Positions 10,801 to 23,100 of a stretch of 64,000 nucleotides of DNA are shown here, piece by piece (within the stretch, counting starts at the first letter, position 1; each line of letters opens with the position of its first letter). The notes under the pieces are model-generated. The model saw only the letters and a list, made by a program, of their open reading frames with translations, was not told where the DNA came from and ran no database searches. Both the position numbers and the translations under genes were made by a program. The DNA is from Mytilus edulis. Its lineage: Eukaryota. The DNA lies in NCBI RefSeq assembly GCF_963676685.1, contig NC_092345.1:22072001-22136000 (forward strand), written 5' to 3'.

Positions 10801-13800
10801 ATATCATAAAACAATTGAATAAAACAAACATGAAAGACAGTAAAAAGACAATCTGATATATGATAAAACAATTGAATAAAATACAAACATGAGAGACAGT
10901 AAAAAGACAATCTGATATATGATAAAACAATTGAATAAAACAAACATGAAAGACAGTAAAAAGACAATCTGATATATGATAAAACAATTGAATAAAACAA
11001 ACATGAGAGACAGTAAAAAGACAATCTGATATATGATAAAACAATTGAATAAAACAAACATGAAAGACAGTAAAAAGACAATCTAATATATGATAAAACA
11101 ATTGAATAAAAAAAACATGAAAGACAGTAAAAAGACAATCTGATATATGATAAAACAATTGAATAAAACAAACATGAAAGACAGTAAAAAGACAATATGA
11201 TATATGATAAAACAATTGAATAAAACAAACATGAAAGACAGTAAAAAGACAATCTGATATATGATAAAACAATTGAATAAAACAAACATGAAAGACAGTA
11301 AAAAGACAATCTGATATATGATAAAACAATTGAATAAAACAAACATGAAAGACAGTAAAAAGACAATCTGATATATGATAAAACAATAATCTGATATATG
11401 ATAAAACAATTGAATAAAACAAACATGAAAGACAGTAAAAAGACAATCTGATATATGATAAAACAATTGAATAAAACAAACATGAAAGACAGTAAAAAGA
11501 CAATCTGATATATGATAAAACAATTGAATAAAACAAACATGAAAGACAGTAAAAAGACAATCTGATATATGATAAAACAATTGAATAAAACAAACATGAA
11601 AGACAGTAAAAAGACAATCTGATATATGATAAAACAATTGAATAAAACAAACATGAAAGACAGTAAAAAGACAATCTGATATATGATAAAACAATTGAAT
11701 AAAACAAACATGAAAGACAGTAAAAAGACAATCTGATATATGATAAAACAATTGAATAAAACAAACATGAAAGACAGTAAAAAGACAATCTGATATATGA
11801 TAAAACAATTGAATAAAACAAACATGAAAGACAGTAAAAAGACAATCTGATATATGATAAAACAATTGAATAAAACAAACATGAAAGACAGTAAAAAGAC
11901 AATCTGATATATGATACATGTAAAACAATTGAATAAAACAAACATGAAAGACAGTAAAAAGACAATCTGATATATGATACATGTAAAACAATTGAATAAA
12001 ACAAACATGAAAGACAGTAAAAAGACAATCTGATATATGATAAAACAATTGAATAAAACAAACATGAAAGACAGTAAAAAGACAATCTGATATATGATAA
12101 AACAATTGAATAAAACAAACATGAGAGACAGTAAAAAGACAATCTGATATATGATAAAACAATTGAATAAAACGAACATGAAAGACAGTAAAAAGACAAT
12201 CTGATATATCATAAAACAATGGAATAAAACAAACATGAAAGACAGTAAAAAAACAATCACTGAATAAATGGCTCCTGGCATGGGACAGCCACGAAAAGAA
12301 TAACGAGAAAATGTGGCCTGAACCTGGAGAATAAGGGTACTGTATGTTAGTTAAGGTAAGAAATGTGGCCTTTCAACAGGTCATCAATGGACCTCTCATT
12401 AAGTTGTTGCATGGTTCTATCAGGAGCAGAGAGGGTGGCACCCTGTCTTCTCAAACCATCAAATTTTAAGTTTCCCATTCCTACAGAACTTGGACCCAAT
12501 AAAAAGAGCCTATTATCTTGGTGCAAAATGATTTTCTGTTTCATCTTTTCAGAAATTACACTTTTATTAGCTCACCTGGTCCGAAGGGCCAAGTGATCTT
12601 TTCCAATCACTTTGTGTCCGTCGTCATCTGTCGTCCGTCATCGTTTACTTTTACAAAAATCTTCTCCTCACTACTGGGCCAAATTAATTCAAAATCGGCC
12701 ACAATCATCATTTGGGTATTTAGTTTAAAAAATGTGTCAGGTGACCCGGCCAACCAACCAAGATGGCCGCCATGGCTAAAAATAGAACATAGGGGTAAAA
12801 TGCAGTTTTTGGCTTATAACTCAAAAACCAAAGCATTTAGAACAAATCTTAAAGTTTTAAAATTGTTTATCAGGTCAAGATCTATCTGCCCTGAAATTTT
12901 CAGATGAATCGGACAACCCGTTGTTGGGTTGCTGCCCCTGAATTGGTAATTTTAAGGAAATTTTACTGTTTTTGGTTATTATCTTGAATATTATTATAGA
13001 TAGAGATAAACTGTAAACAGCAATAATGTTCAGCAAAGTAAGATTTACAAATAAGTCAACATGACCGAAATGGTCAGTTGACCCTTTTAGGAGTTATTGC
13101 CCTTTATAGTCAATTTTTAACCATTTTTCGTAAATCTTAGTAGTCTTTTACAAAAATCTTCTCCTGAAACTATTCGGCCAAATTATTACAAACTTGAACA
13201 CAATCATCTTTTGGGTATTTAGTTTTAAAAATGTGTCCGGTGACCTGGCCATCCAAACAAGATGGCTGCAACAGCTAAAAATATAACATAGGGGTAACAT
13301 GCAGTTTTTGGATGATAACTCAAAAACCAAAGCATTTAGAGTAATCTGAATTGAGTAAAATTGTTTATCAGGTCAAGATCTATCTGCCCTGAAATTTTCA
13401 GATGAATCAGACAACCTGTTGTTGGGTTGCTGCCCCTGAATTGGTAATTTTAAGGAAATTTTGCTGTTTTTGGTTATTATCTTGAATACTATTATAGATA
13501 GAGATAAACTGTAAACAGCAATAGTGTTCAGCAAAGTAAGATTTACAAATAAGTCAACTTGACCGAAATGGTCAATTGACCCCCTAAGGAGTTATTGTCC
13601 TTTATAGTCAATTTTTAACAATTTTCATAAAATTTGTAAATTTTTACTAACATTTTCCACTGAAACTACTGGGGCAAGTTCATTATAGATAGAGAAAGTT
13701 GTAAGCAGCAAGAATGTTCAGTAAAGTAAGATGTACAAACACATCACTATCACCAAAACACAATTTTTTCATGAATCCATCTGCTTCCTTTGTTTAAAAT

Positions 13801-16800
13801 ACACATAGATCAAGGTGAGCGACACAGGCTCTTTAGGGCCTCTAGTTATATTTATTGTAAGAAATTCTAGTCAGTACACAAATGAATGTTCCAATGTAAG
13901 TGACAACATACAATATAAAGTCTCATTAAATTATATTAACAGGGACTATCAAAACAATGCTGCCATGGGTAAGAGACAATTTGCTGAAAGAAAGGCCAGA
14001 ACTTTTTATGCAAGGAGAAACTGTGTAAGTTTTATTTGTAATCGTTTCAGCTAAAAATCCTAAGAACAAATGAATATACTTTACATTGTTTTAAAATTAT
14101 GTTATCCAAAAGGACAATTAGGAATTTTATCATCAGCACTACTCTAAGTTATTAATCTGTTTACCTTTTTCAATCTCTATTGATATTATATTTGCCAAAA
14201 AATATAACTCAAACTCAAAATATCAAAAATATATACGGGAAGTCTGTGCCGCTATTACATGTATATGTAAGTAAAAACTCATCCTTACACATCTGTAACC
14301 CTCCCAAATAAGCATCACAAATTAACTAATAAAATTGAGTATGGAAATGGGGAATGTGTCAAAGAGACAACAACCCGACCATAGAATAGACAACAGCAGA
14401 AGGTCACGAACAGGTCTTCAATGCAGCGAGAAATTTCCGCACCAGGAGGCGTCCTTCAGCTGGCCCCTAAACAAATATATTAACTAGTTCAGTGATAATG
14501 AACGCCATACTAAACTCCAAATTGTACACAAGAAACTAAAATTAAAAATAATACAAGACTAACAAAGGCCAGAGGCTCCTGACTTGGGACAGGCACAAAA
14601 ATGTGGTGGGGTTAAACATGTTTATGAGATCTCATTTCTTCCCTGTATACCTCTAGCCAATGTAGAAAAGTAAACCCATAACAATACGCACATTAATGTT
14701 TATGGACTCTTGGTTTCCTATGCTCTTTCTTCAACTTAGTTATTCATTCGGCCTTCCAGCTGTTTTTGTTTCGAGATCTACTGAATAGTCTTATTAAGAT
14801 GTAACACATGTCTGGTGTACTAAATTATGATTGACGAGTGGTTTCCTATTGCTTTATTTTATGCTATTCATGAGACTTTTAAAGCTTACCATACAATATG
14901 GGTTTTATAGACTCTTTCAATCCTCAAAAAAAATTGTATTCCCAATTCCAAAATAACTAGATGTTTTTATTTACAGGCGTCCTGGTATATTGGTTCTAGT
15001 AAATGATGCAGATTGGGAATTAATGGTATGTTTTATTATTATTTATCTTATCTATAATATGAAAGCATTTATGTATTGTGAACATGTTTTTATTACAAAA
15101 TACTACTTATATATTATATATACATTTATAGCAGCAAAAGATGCTCAATAAATTTTTATTATAATATAAAATTAAGGAAATGTGTTATTATTGCCAATGA
15201 GCATGACGAGACAATTATCCACCAGAAATAAAATTCATGGAATGAACACAATTATAGGCAATTGTACAGCCTTCAACAATGAGAAAAACTCAGCTCTAAA
15301 TGGCCCTGACATAAAATATGTAAAACACTTCAAATTAGAAAAGTAACTTATTAATAACAAAACAGTTTACAACAACAAAAACAAGACATGAACCAACAAA
15401 AAATGCTGAACTACAGGATCTTGGTAGCTTTGATAAATATGCTTACATGTAACATTATTGTAAGATTTTCTTTTTTCTGAAATTGTAGTGCCAACGTTTA
15501 CGCACTGGATCAGTTTTCTGCTAAAATAAAAGAATATTGTGGATTCATTTATTTTTGGGGGTTCCAATTTTCATGGATAAGGGATAATGGTTACTTCTAT
15601 AAATTAATGATATAAAACTTTTGGGAAACATGTGTTATGTATATCAGAGTAAAATAAATGTATTATTAACCTTCTCTTTGTATTAATTTATACACAGTTT
15701 TGTCATCTTGAAATTGAAAAAACTTGAAGTAGACACCAAAGTAATAGCAAATGTGATATTTATACATGTATCTAGCCTTGTACTAATAATTTATTTCATG
15801 TAATCTTTAATTAATAGATCCCGGTATTATTGTACGGTACACTTAATTGAAATTAAAAACATATCGACATGACACACTACTTTTTGTGGCTATAAGGAAT
15901 AATATAAAATAGAAATCATCACATTTGAGTGACTATCTATAAATAACATATTATAAATGATGTTTCTTAAGAAGTCATGACATGAGGGCAAAAGCATGAA
16001 GATGGAGAATTTTAAAAGAAGATGCCATGTTTTTTAGCTCACCTGGCCCGAAGGGCCGAGTGAGCTTTTCTCATCACTTGGCGTCCGGCGTCCGGCGTCC
16101 GTCGTCTGGCGTCTGTCGTCGTCCGTCGTCCGGCGTCGTTAACTTTTACAAAAATCTTCTCCTCTGAAACTACTGGGCCAAATCAAACCAAACTTGGCCA
16201 CAATCATCATTGGGGTATCTAGTTTTAAAAATGTGTGGCGTGACCCGGTCAACAGACCAAGATGGCCGCCACGGCTAAAAATAGAACATAGGGGTAAAAT
16301 GCAGTTTTTGGCTTATAACTCAAAAACCAAAGCATTTAGAGCAAATCTGACATGGGGTAAAAATGTTTATCAGGTCAAGATCTATCTCCCCTGAAATTTT
16401 CAGATGAATCGGTCAATCGGTTGTTGGGTTGCTGCCCCTGAATTGGTAATTTTGAGGAAATTTTGCTGTTTTTGGTTATTATCTTGAATATTATTATAGA
16501 TAGAGATAAACTGTAAACAGCAATAATGTTCAGCAAAGTAAGATCTACAAATAAGTCAACATGACCAAAATGGTCAGTTGACCCGTTTAGGAGTTATTGC
16601 CCTTTATAGTCAATTTTTAACCATTTTTCGTTAATTAAAGTAATCTTTTAAAAAAATCTTCTCCTCTGAAACTACTGGGCCAAATTAATCCAAACTTGGC
16701 CACAATCATCTTTGGGGTATCTAGTTTAAAAAAATGTGTGGCGTGACCTGGTCAACCAACCAAGATGGCCGCCACGGCTAAAAATAGAACAAAGGGGTAA

Positions 16801-17955
16801 AATGCAGTTTTTGGCTTATAACTCAAAAACCAAAGCATTTTGAGGAAATCTGACGTGGGATAAAAATGTTTATCAGGTCAAGATCTATCTGCCCTGAAAT
16901 TTTCAGATGAATCGGTCAATCGGTTGTTGGGTTGCTGCCCCTGAATTGGTAATTTTGAGGAAATTTTGCTGTTTTTGGTTATTATCTTGAATATTATTAT
17001 AGATAGAGATAAACTGTAAACAGCAATAATGTTCAGCAAAGTAAGATCTACAAATAAGTCAACATGACCAAAATGGTCAGTTGACCCGTTTAGGAGTTAT
17101 TGCCCTTTATAGTCAATCTTTAACCATTTTTCATAAATCTAAGTAATCTTTTACAAAATCTCCACTGAAACTACTAGGCCACAATCATCTTTGGGGTATC
17201 TAGTTTGAAAAATGTGTCCGATGACCTGGCCATTCAACCAAGATGGCCGCCACGGCTAAAAATAGAACATAGGGGTAAAATGCAGTTTTTGGCTTATAAC
17301 TATGAAACCAAAGCATCTAGAGCAAATCTGACAAGAAGTTTAATTGTTAATCAAGTCAATATCTATCTGCCATGAATTTTTCTGATGAATTGGACAACTG
17401 GTTGTTGGGTTGCTGCCCTCCAATTGGTAATTTTTAAAGAAATTTTGCCGTTTTTGGTTATCTTGAATACTATTATAGATAGCGATAAACTGTAAACAGC
17501 AATAATGTTCAGCAAAGTAAGATCTACAAATAAGTCAACATGACCTAAATGGTCAATTGACCCCTTAAGGAGTTATTGCCCTTTATAGTCAATTTTTAAC
17601 AATTTTCATTAATTTGGTAAATTTATGTAAATTTTTACCAAATATAGTTCTCTGTTACTAATGGGCAAAGTTCATTATAGATATAATTGTAAGAAGCAAA
17701 ATCGTTCAGTAAAGTAAGAACTTCAAACACATCACCATCACCAAAATACAATTTTGTCATGAATCCATTTGTGTCCTTTGTTTAATATGCACATAGACCA
17801 AGGTGAGCGACACAGGCTCTTTAGAGCCTCTAGTTTATATCTTTTATCCCACGTCTAATTCTAGTTTTATATTGTTTTGTTTACAGGGAGAGTTGGATTA
17901 CAGTTTACAGCCAAATGACAGAATAGTGTTTATATCTACTCTACATGGAGGGTGA
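7888..17955 (+). CDS. URM1: Ubiquitin-related modifier 1 (99 aa)
   Basis: Exons 7888-7916, 10144-10214, 13943-14024, 14977-15025, 17887-17955 (300 nt, all GT-AG, phases match). Translation: [99 protein letters not shown], with the hallmark [14 protein letters not shown] and C-terminal ISTLHGG. Confidence 0.96.
8187..8448. mobile_element. piggyBac-like MITE in URM1 intron 1
   Basis: 14-bp perfect TIRs CCCTCTTGCTGCCG / CGGCAGCAAGAGGG flanked by ATAA and TTAA; no coding capacity. Confidence 0.75.
10383..12258. repeat. 57-bp minisatellite (~33 copies) in URM1 intron 2
   Basis: Unit AAAAGACAATCTGATATATGATAAAACAATTGAATAAAACAAACATGAAAGACAGTA repeated head-to-tail with few variants; produces the 19-aa periodicity in the minus-strand ORFs. 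Confidence 0.97.
12562..13847 (+). mobile_element. Helentron/HINE-like non-autonomous element, family A, copy 1 (2 internal ~500-bp units)
   Basis: 5' T-run + AGCTCACCTGG..AAGGGCCAAGTGA (subTIR/IR), CGTC-type microsatellite, internal tandem units, 3' inverted subTIR AGGTGAGC, hairpin GGCTCTTTAG(A/G)GCC and terminal CTAGTT. Confidence 0.85.
14330..14695. repeat. SINE-like dispersed repeat (variant subfamily; fragments also near 34435-34490, 34640-34715, 41363-41430, 42425-42550)
   Basis: AAAATTGAG.ATGGAAATGGGGAATGTG.CAAAGAGACAACAACCCGACC... plus the GGCTCCTGACTTGGGACAGGCAC core shared with the copy at 57544-57965. Confidence 0.65.
16030..17835 (+). mobile_element. Helentron/HINE-like element, family A, copy 2 (3 internal ~502-bp units), URM1 intron 4
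   Basis: Same termini as copy 1; units start at about 16143, 16645 and 17148. Confidence 0.88.
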
Positions 17956-18479
17956 TTGTTCCATTGACAGATGAATTTAACTCAATATGATTTGGTATAT
18001 TTGGTGTATGGAATGCTTTGAGAGTATCCTATGTTAGGAATGATTTCAAACTATTTTACATGGATTTGTTGGAAGCTACCAAGAAAAGCAATTTATATTC
18101 TTCTAAACAATTTGTGATTCATTATTAACTGATATATATGAATGAAAATTCCAATAGAAATATAATCAATTCTTCTTTTTAAAGTAGTTATTACTTCTAC
18201 CATAGTGTGTTTTTCTTTTCCTGCCTACAACAAAAGCTGCAGAATATGAGAAATAAAGATGCTGATCTGGCAACAGCAGTATATTTGTATAAAATGTTGC
18301 TAGAAAACACCTGCAACATTGTCAATCCTTGACTGAATTTTACAATTTATATTCAGCGTGGATGTTTAGTATTACATGTATTACTATTATTTAATTATAA
18401 TGCTGATTATAAGGTTTTATCTTTCTAAATCTTTCTGTTTGAATCAGTCCTGGTTTTTGTAGAGTGATATCTAACCTTT

Positions 18480-19822
18480 TAAAAGCCTAATATTTCATAA
18501 GGTAGAAGAATTGGATCCTTCATACTTTGTATGTAGATGCCTTATGTTATGAGATTTTAGTCCCTCATGTCTATTGTTGTTGACCTTATGGTTTTCATGG
18601 TTCAGTGACTACTTGGAAAAAAAATTAAAATTTTTAGCATTCTTAATTTCTCTCTTTTTATAAAAGAGTAATAGGATAACTTTATTTTGTATGTGTGTAC
18701 TTGCAAGGTCCTCATGCCCGTCATTCAGTTATCACTTTGACCTCATTTCATGGATTAGTGAACAAGGTTAAGTTATCATGGTAAAGTCCATATCTCGGAC
18801 ACTTTAAGCAAGAGGTCCATTAAATTTTGTGTATAAAATGATTGTAAGGTGCACATGTCCTACTGGCAGGTGTCCATATGACCGTGGCCTCATTTTCATA
18901 GTTCAGTTGTTATTTTTTTTGGTGTTTTGGTCTGTTTTTCTAACACTGTATGCAATAGGTCTACTGTATTTTGTGTATGGAATGATTTTAAGGTGTGCAT
19001 GTCCATCTGACCTTGACCTCATTTTCATTGTTCAGTGATTAAAGATAAGTTTTTGTGTTTTGCTGTTTTTCTAAAACCATGCAAAAGGTCAACTATATTT
19101 GGTGTTTGAAAATATTTTAGGATGTACATATCAGTCTGGCATGTCTTATCTGACCTTGACCTCATTTTTACAGTTCATTGGTCAATGATAACTAGGTTTT
19201 TGGTCTGCTTTTCTAATACTTATAGGTTTAAGTCAACTATATTTGTGTATGGAAGGTAAGGTGTTTTTGTCTGTCTTACAATTATCATCTTAACCATGAT
19301 CTCATTATCATAGTTCGTTGGTCAATCTTTATAAGTTTTCCTAGTTTAGTTTGTTTCTTAGATACCACATGTATATGCAAATGATCAACTATATTAAAGT
19401 ATGCTATGGTTGTAAGGTGTACATGTCTGTCTGGCAGGGTTCATCTGACCTTGGCCTCATTTTCTTGGTTCATTGATAAATTTCAAGTTTTCCTGGTTAA
19501 TATAAAAAAGATGTGGTATGATTGCCAATAAGCTAACTCTCCACAAGAGACCAAAAGACACAAGAAATAAGCAACTATAGGTCATGGTACGGCCTTCAAC
19601 AATGAGCAATCTAAGTTTGATTCTTCAATGTGTAAGCATATTTATTGTATTTAATTAATAAAAGGTGTACATGTATTTCCAGTTAGTTTATCTGACCTTG
19701 GCCTCATTTTCTTGAATCATGTTAAATTGATGCCGTAGTTGATGAAAAGTTTTACATTTAGGAGGATAAACCTAATATCAATGGTTAGTAAAGAAGGCGA
19801 GACATTCCAGCCTTTGCACTCA
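18480..19822 (+). repeat. Degenerate repeat with internal ~130-140-bp units (TCTGACCTTGACCTCATTTT..GGTTCA motif); related pieces at 51780-51895, 53100-53330, 54140-54260
   Basis: The motif recurs at about 18580, 18737, 18880, 19007, 19150, 19290, 19445 and 19692; probably an old Helentron-like element. Confidence 0.6.
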
Positions 19823-20196
19823 ACCAGAAACTACTTGTTAATATATATTTTTTTGGTCAATAATGAATTTTATCTATTTTCAACCATGACAAGAAAAAGT
19901 GAGGAAAACTGAGTTATTTGGAGTGTAAACCTAAAGTGCCCTTGGACTTCTCCATAGGGGACTAATAAATGGAAGAACCTTGATGTTGAGGATTTACATT
20001 ATCAAAATAAGACTATAAAATTGAATGACAGCTTTGTATTTTATTTCATAACTACTTTTTTTTGCCAGTCAGAATCACTGACAGGATCACTCCATGATTC
20101 AGTAATCTGAAAGCCCACTGGTAAAAAAATATCTCTCCAGTCTCCATCCATACACATTTTGAGTTTTTTATAATAGCAGAGCTTCCGTAAATAAAT

Positions 20197-23100
20197 TCAT
20201 TCTCCTAGTAATTCCTTTTGTTTTGCTTCCATTAATTTTTCGGATTCTGCAGTCCTCTCTTGCTTAATGTCTAATATCTGAAAGTTACAAACAAGAGACA
20301 TATTAGATACTTATCATGTCTTGCTAAATTTCTAATATCTGAAAGTTAAAAGCATGAGACAAATTAAAGGAGATATTTATATATATAATTATATGCTATT
20401 GATAATATTTAAATATATAATAAAAGTAAATAGTTAAGTTTACTACCTATACCATCAAAATTAACATTTATGCTTCCAATCTATCTTCTTCATTAATAAT
20501 TTGATTGCTTATATAAATTATAAATTTTTGTATCATATTTCATTTGACATAGGGTTTTGATGGGCGTATGACATTTGCGCCGATTTTTAAAATTTTCATT
20601 CTTTCAATTGCGCCGATTTCATTTTTAGCTCACCTGGCCCGAAGGGCCAAGTGAGCTTTTCTCATCACTTGGCGTCCGTCGTCCGTCGTCGTCCGTCGTC
20701 CGTCGTCCGTCGTCGTCCGTCGTCGTCGTCGTCCGTCGTCGTTAACTTTTACAAAAATCTTCTCCTCTGAAACTACTGGGCCAAATCAAACCAAACTTGG
20801 CCACAATCATCATTGGGGTATCTAGTTTAAAAAATGTGTGGCGTGACCCGGTCAACCAACCAAGATGGCCGCCACGGCTAAAAATAGAACATAGGGGTAA
20901 AATGCAGTTTTTGGCTTATAACTCAAAAACCAAAGCATTTAGAGCAAATCTGACATGGGGTAAAAATGTTTATCAGGTCAAGATCTATCTGCCCTGAAAT
21001 TTTCAGATGAATCGGTCAATCGGTTGTTGGGTTGCTGCCCCTGAATTGGTAATTTTGAGGAAATTTTGCTGTTTTTGGTTATTATCTTGAATATTATTAT
21101 AGATAGAGATAAACTGTAAACAGCAATAATGTTCAGCAAAGTAAGATCTACAAATAAGTCAACATGACCAAAATGGTCAGTTGACCCGTTTAGGAGTTAT
21201 TGCCCTTTATAGTCAATTTTTAACCATTTTTCGTTAATTAAAGTAATCTTTTACAAAAATCTTCTCCTCTGAAACTACTGGGCCAAATTAATCCAAACTT
21301 GGCCACAATTATCTTTGGGGTATCTAGTTTAAAAAATGTGTGGCGTGACCCGGTCAACCAACCAAGATGGCCGCCACGGCTAAAAATAGAACATAGGGGT
21401 AAAATGCAGTTTTTGGCTTATAACTCAAAAACCAAAGCATTTAGAGCAAATCTGACATGGGGTAAAAATGTTTATCAGGTCAAGATCTATCTGCCCTGAA
21501 ATTTTCAGATGAATCGGTCAATCGGTTGTTGGGTTGCTGCCCCTGAATTGGTAATTTTGAGGAAATTTTGCTGTTTTTGGTTATTATCTTGAATATTATT
21601 ATAGATAGAGATAAACTGTAAACAGCAATAATGTTCAGCAAAGTAAGATCTACAAATAAGTCAACATGACCAAAATGGTCAGTTGACCCGTTTAGGAGTT
21701 ATTGCCCTTTATAGTCAATTTTTAACCATTTTTCGTTAATTAAAGTAATCTTTTACAAAAATCTTCTCCTCTGAAACTACTGGGCCAAATTAATCCAAAC
21801 TTGGCCACAATCATCTTTGGGGTATCTAGTTTAAAAAATGTGTGGCGTGACCTGGTCAACCAACCAAGATGGCCGCCACGGCTAAAAATAGAACAAAGGG
21901 GTAAAATGCAGTTTTTGGCTTATAACTCAAAAACCAAAGCATTTTGAGGAAATCTGACGGGATAAAAATATTTATCAGGTCAAGATCTATCTGCCCTGAA
22001 ATTTTCAGATGAATCAGTCAATCGGTTGTTGGGTTGCTGCCCCTGAATTGGTAATTTTGAGGAAATTTTGCTGTTTTTGGTTATTATCTTGAATATTATT
22101 ATAGATAGAGATAAACTGTAAACAGCAATAATGTTCAGCAGAGTAAGATCTACAAATAAGTCAACATGACCAAAATGGTCAGTTGACCCGTTTAGGAGTT
22201 ATTGCCCTTTATAGTCAATTTTAACCATTTTTCATAAATTAAATTAATCTTTTACAAAAATCTTCTCCTCTGAAACTACTGGGCCAAATTAATCCAAACT
22301 TGGCCACAATCATCTTTGGGGTATCTAGTTTAAAAAATGTGTGGCGTGACCTGGTCAACCAACCAAGATGGCCGCCACCGCTAAAAATAGAACATAGGGG
22401 TAAAATGCAGTTTTTGGCTTATAACTCAAAAACCAAAGCATTTTGAGGAAATCTGACATAGGATAGAAATGTTTATCAGGTCAAGATCTATCTGCCCTGA
22501 AATTTTCAGATGAATCGGTCAATCGGTTGTTGGGTTGCTGCCCCTGAATTGGTAATTTTGAGGAAATTTTGCTGTTTTTGGTTATTATCTTGAATATTAT
22601 TATAGATAGAGATAAATTGTAAACAGCAATAATGTTCAGCAAAGTAAGATCTACAAATAAGTCAACATGCCCAAAATGGTCAGTTGACCCCTTTAGGAGT
22701 TATTGCCCTTTATAGTCAATCTTTAACCATTTTTCATAAATCTAAGTTATCTTTTACAAAATCTCCCCTGAAACTACTAGGCCACAATCATCTTTGGGGT
22801 ATCTAGTTTGAAAAATGTGTCCGATGACCTGGCCATTCAACCAAGATGGCCGCCACGGCTAAAAATAGAACATAGGGGTAAAATGCAGTTTTTGGCTTAT
22901 AACTATGAATTCAAAGCATCTAGAGCAAATCTGACAAGAAGTTAAATTGTTAATCAAGTCAATATCTATATGCCCTGAATTTTTCAGATGAATTGGACAA
23001 CTGGTTGTTGGGTTGCTGCCCTCCAATTGGTAATTTTTAAAGAAATTTTGCTGTTTTTGGTTATCTTGAATACTATTATAGATAGCGATAAACTGTAAAC

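Noticed and set aside
10326-12281. 651-, 522- and 378-aa hydrophobic ORFs on the minus strand
   Set aside because: They are translations of a 57-bp tandem repeat that is stop-free in all three frames. They switch repeat register at indels and lie antisense within a URM1 intron.
12518-21499. Recurrent ORFs [10 protein letters not shown]...[20 protein letters not shown] (12518, 16194, 20797, 21299)
   Set aside because: Chance frames within the non-coding ~500-bp unit of the family-A element, broken by frameshifts in sister units.
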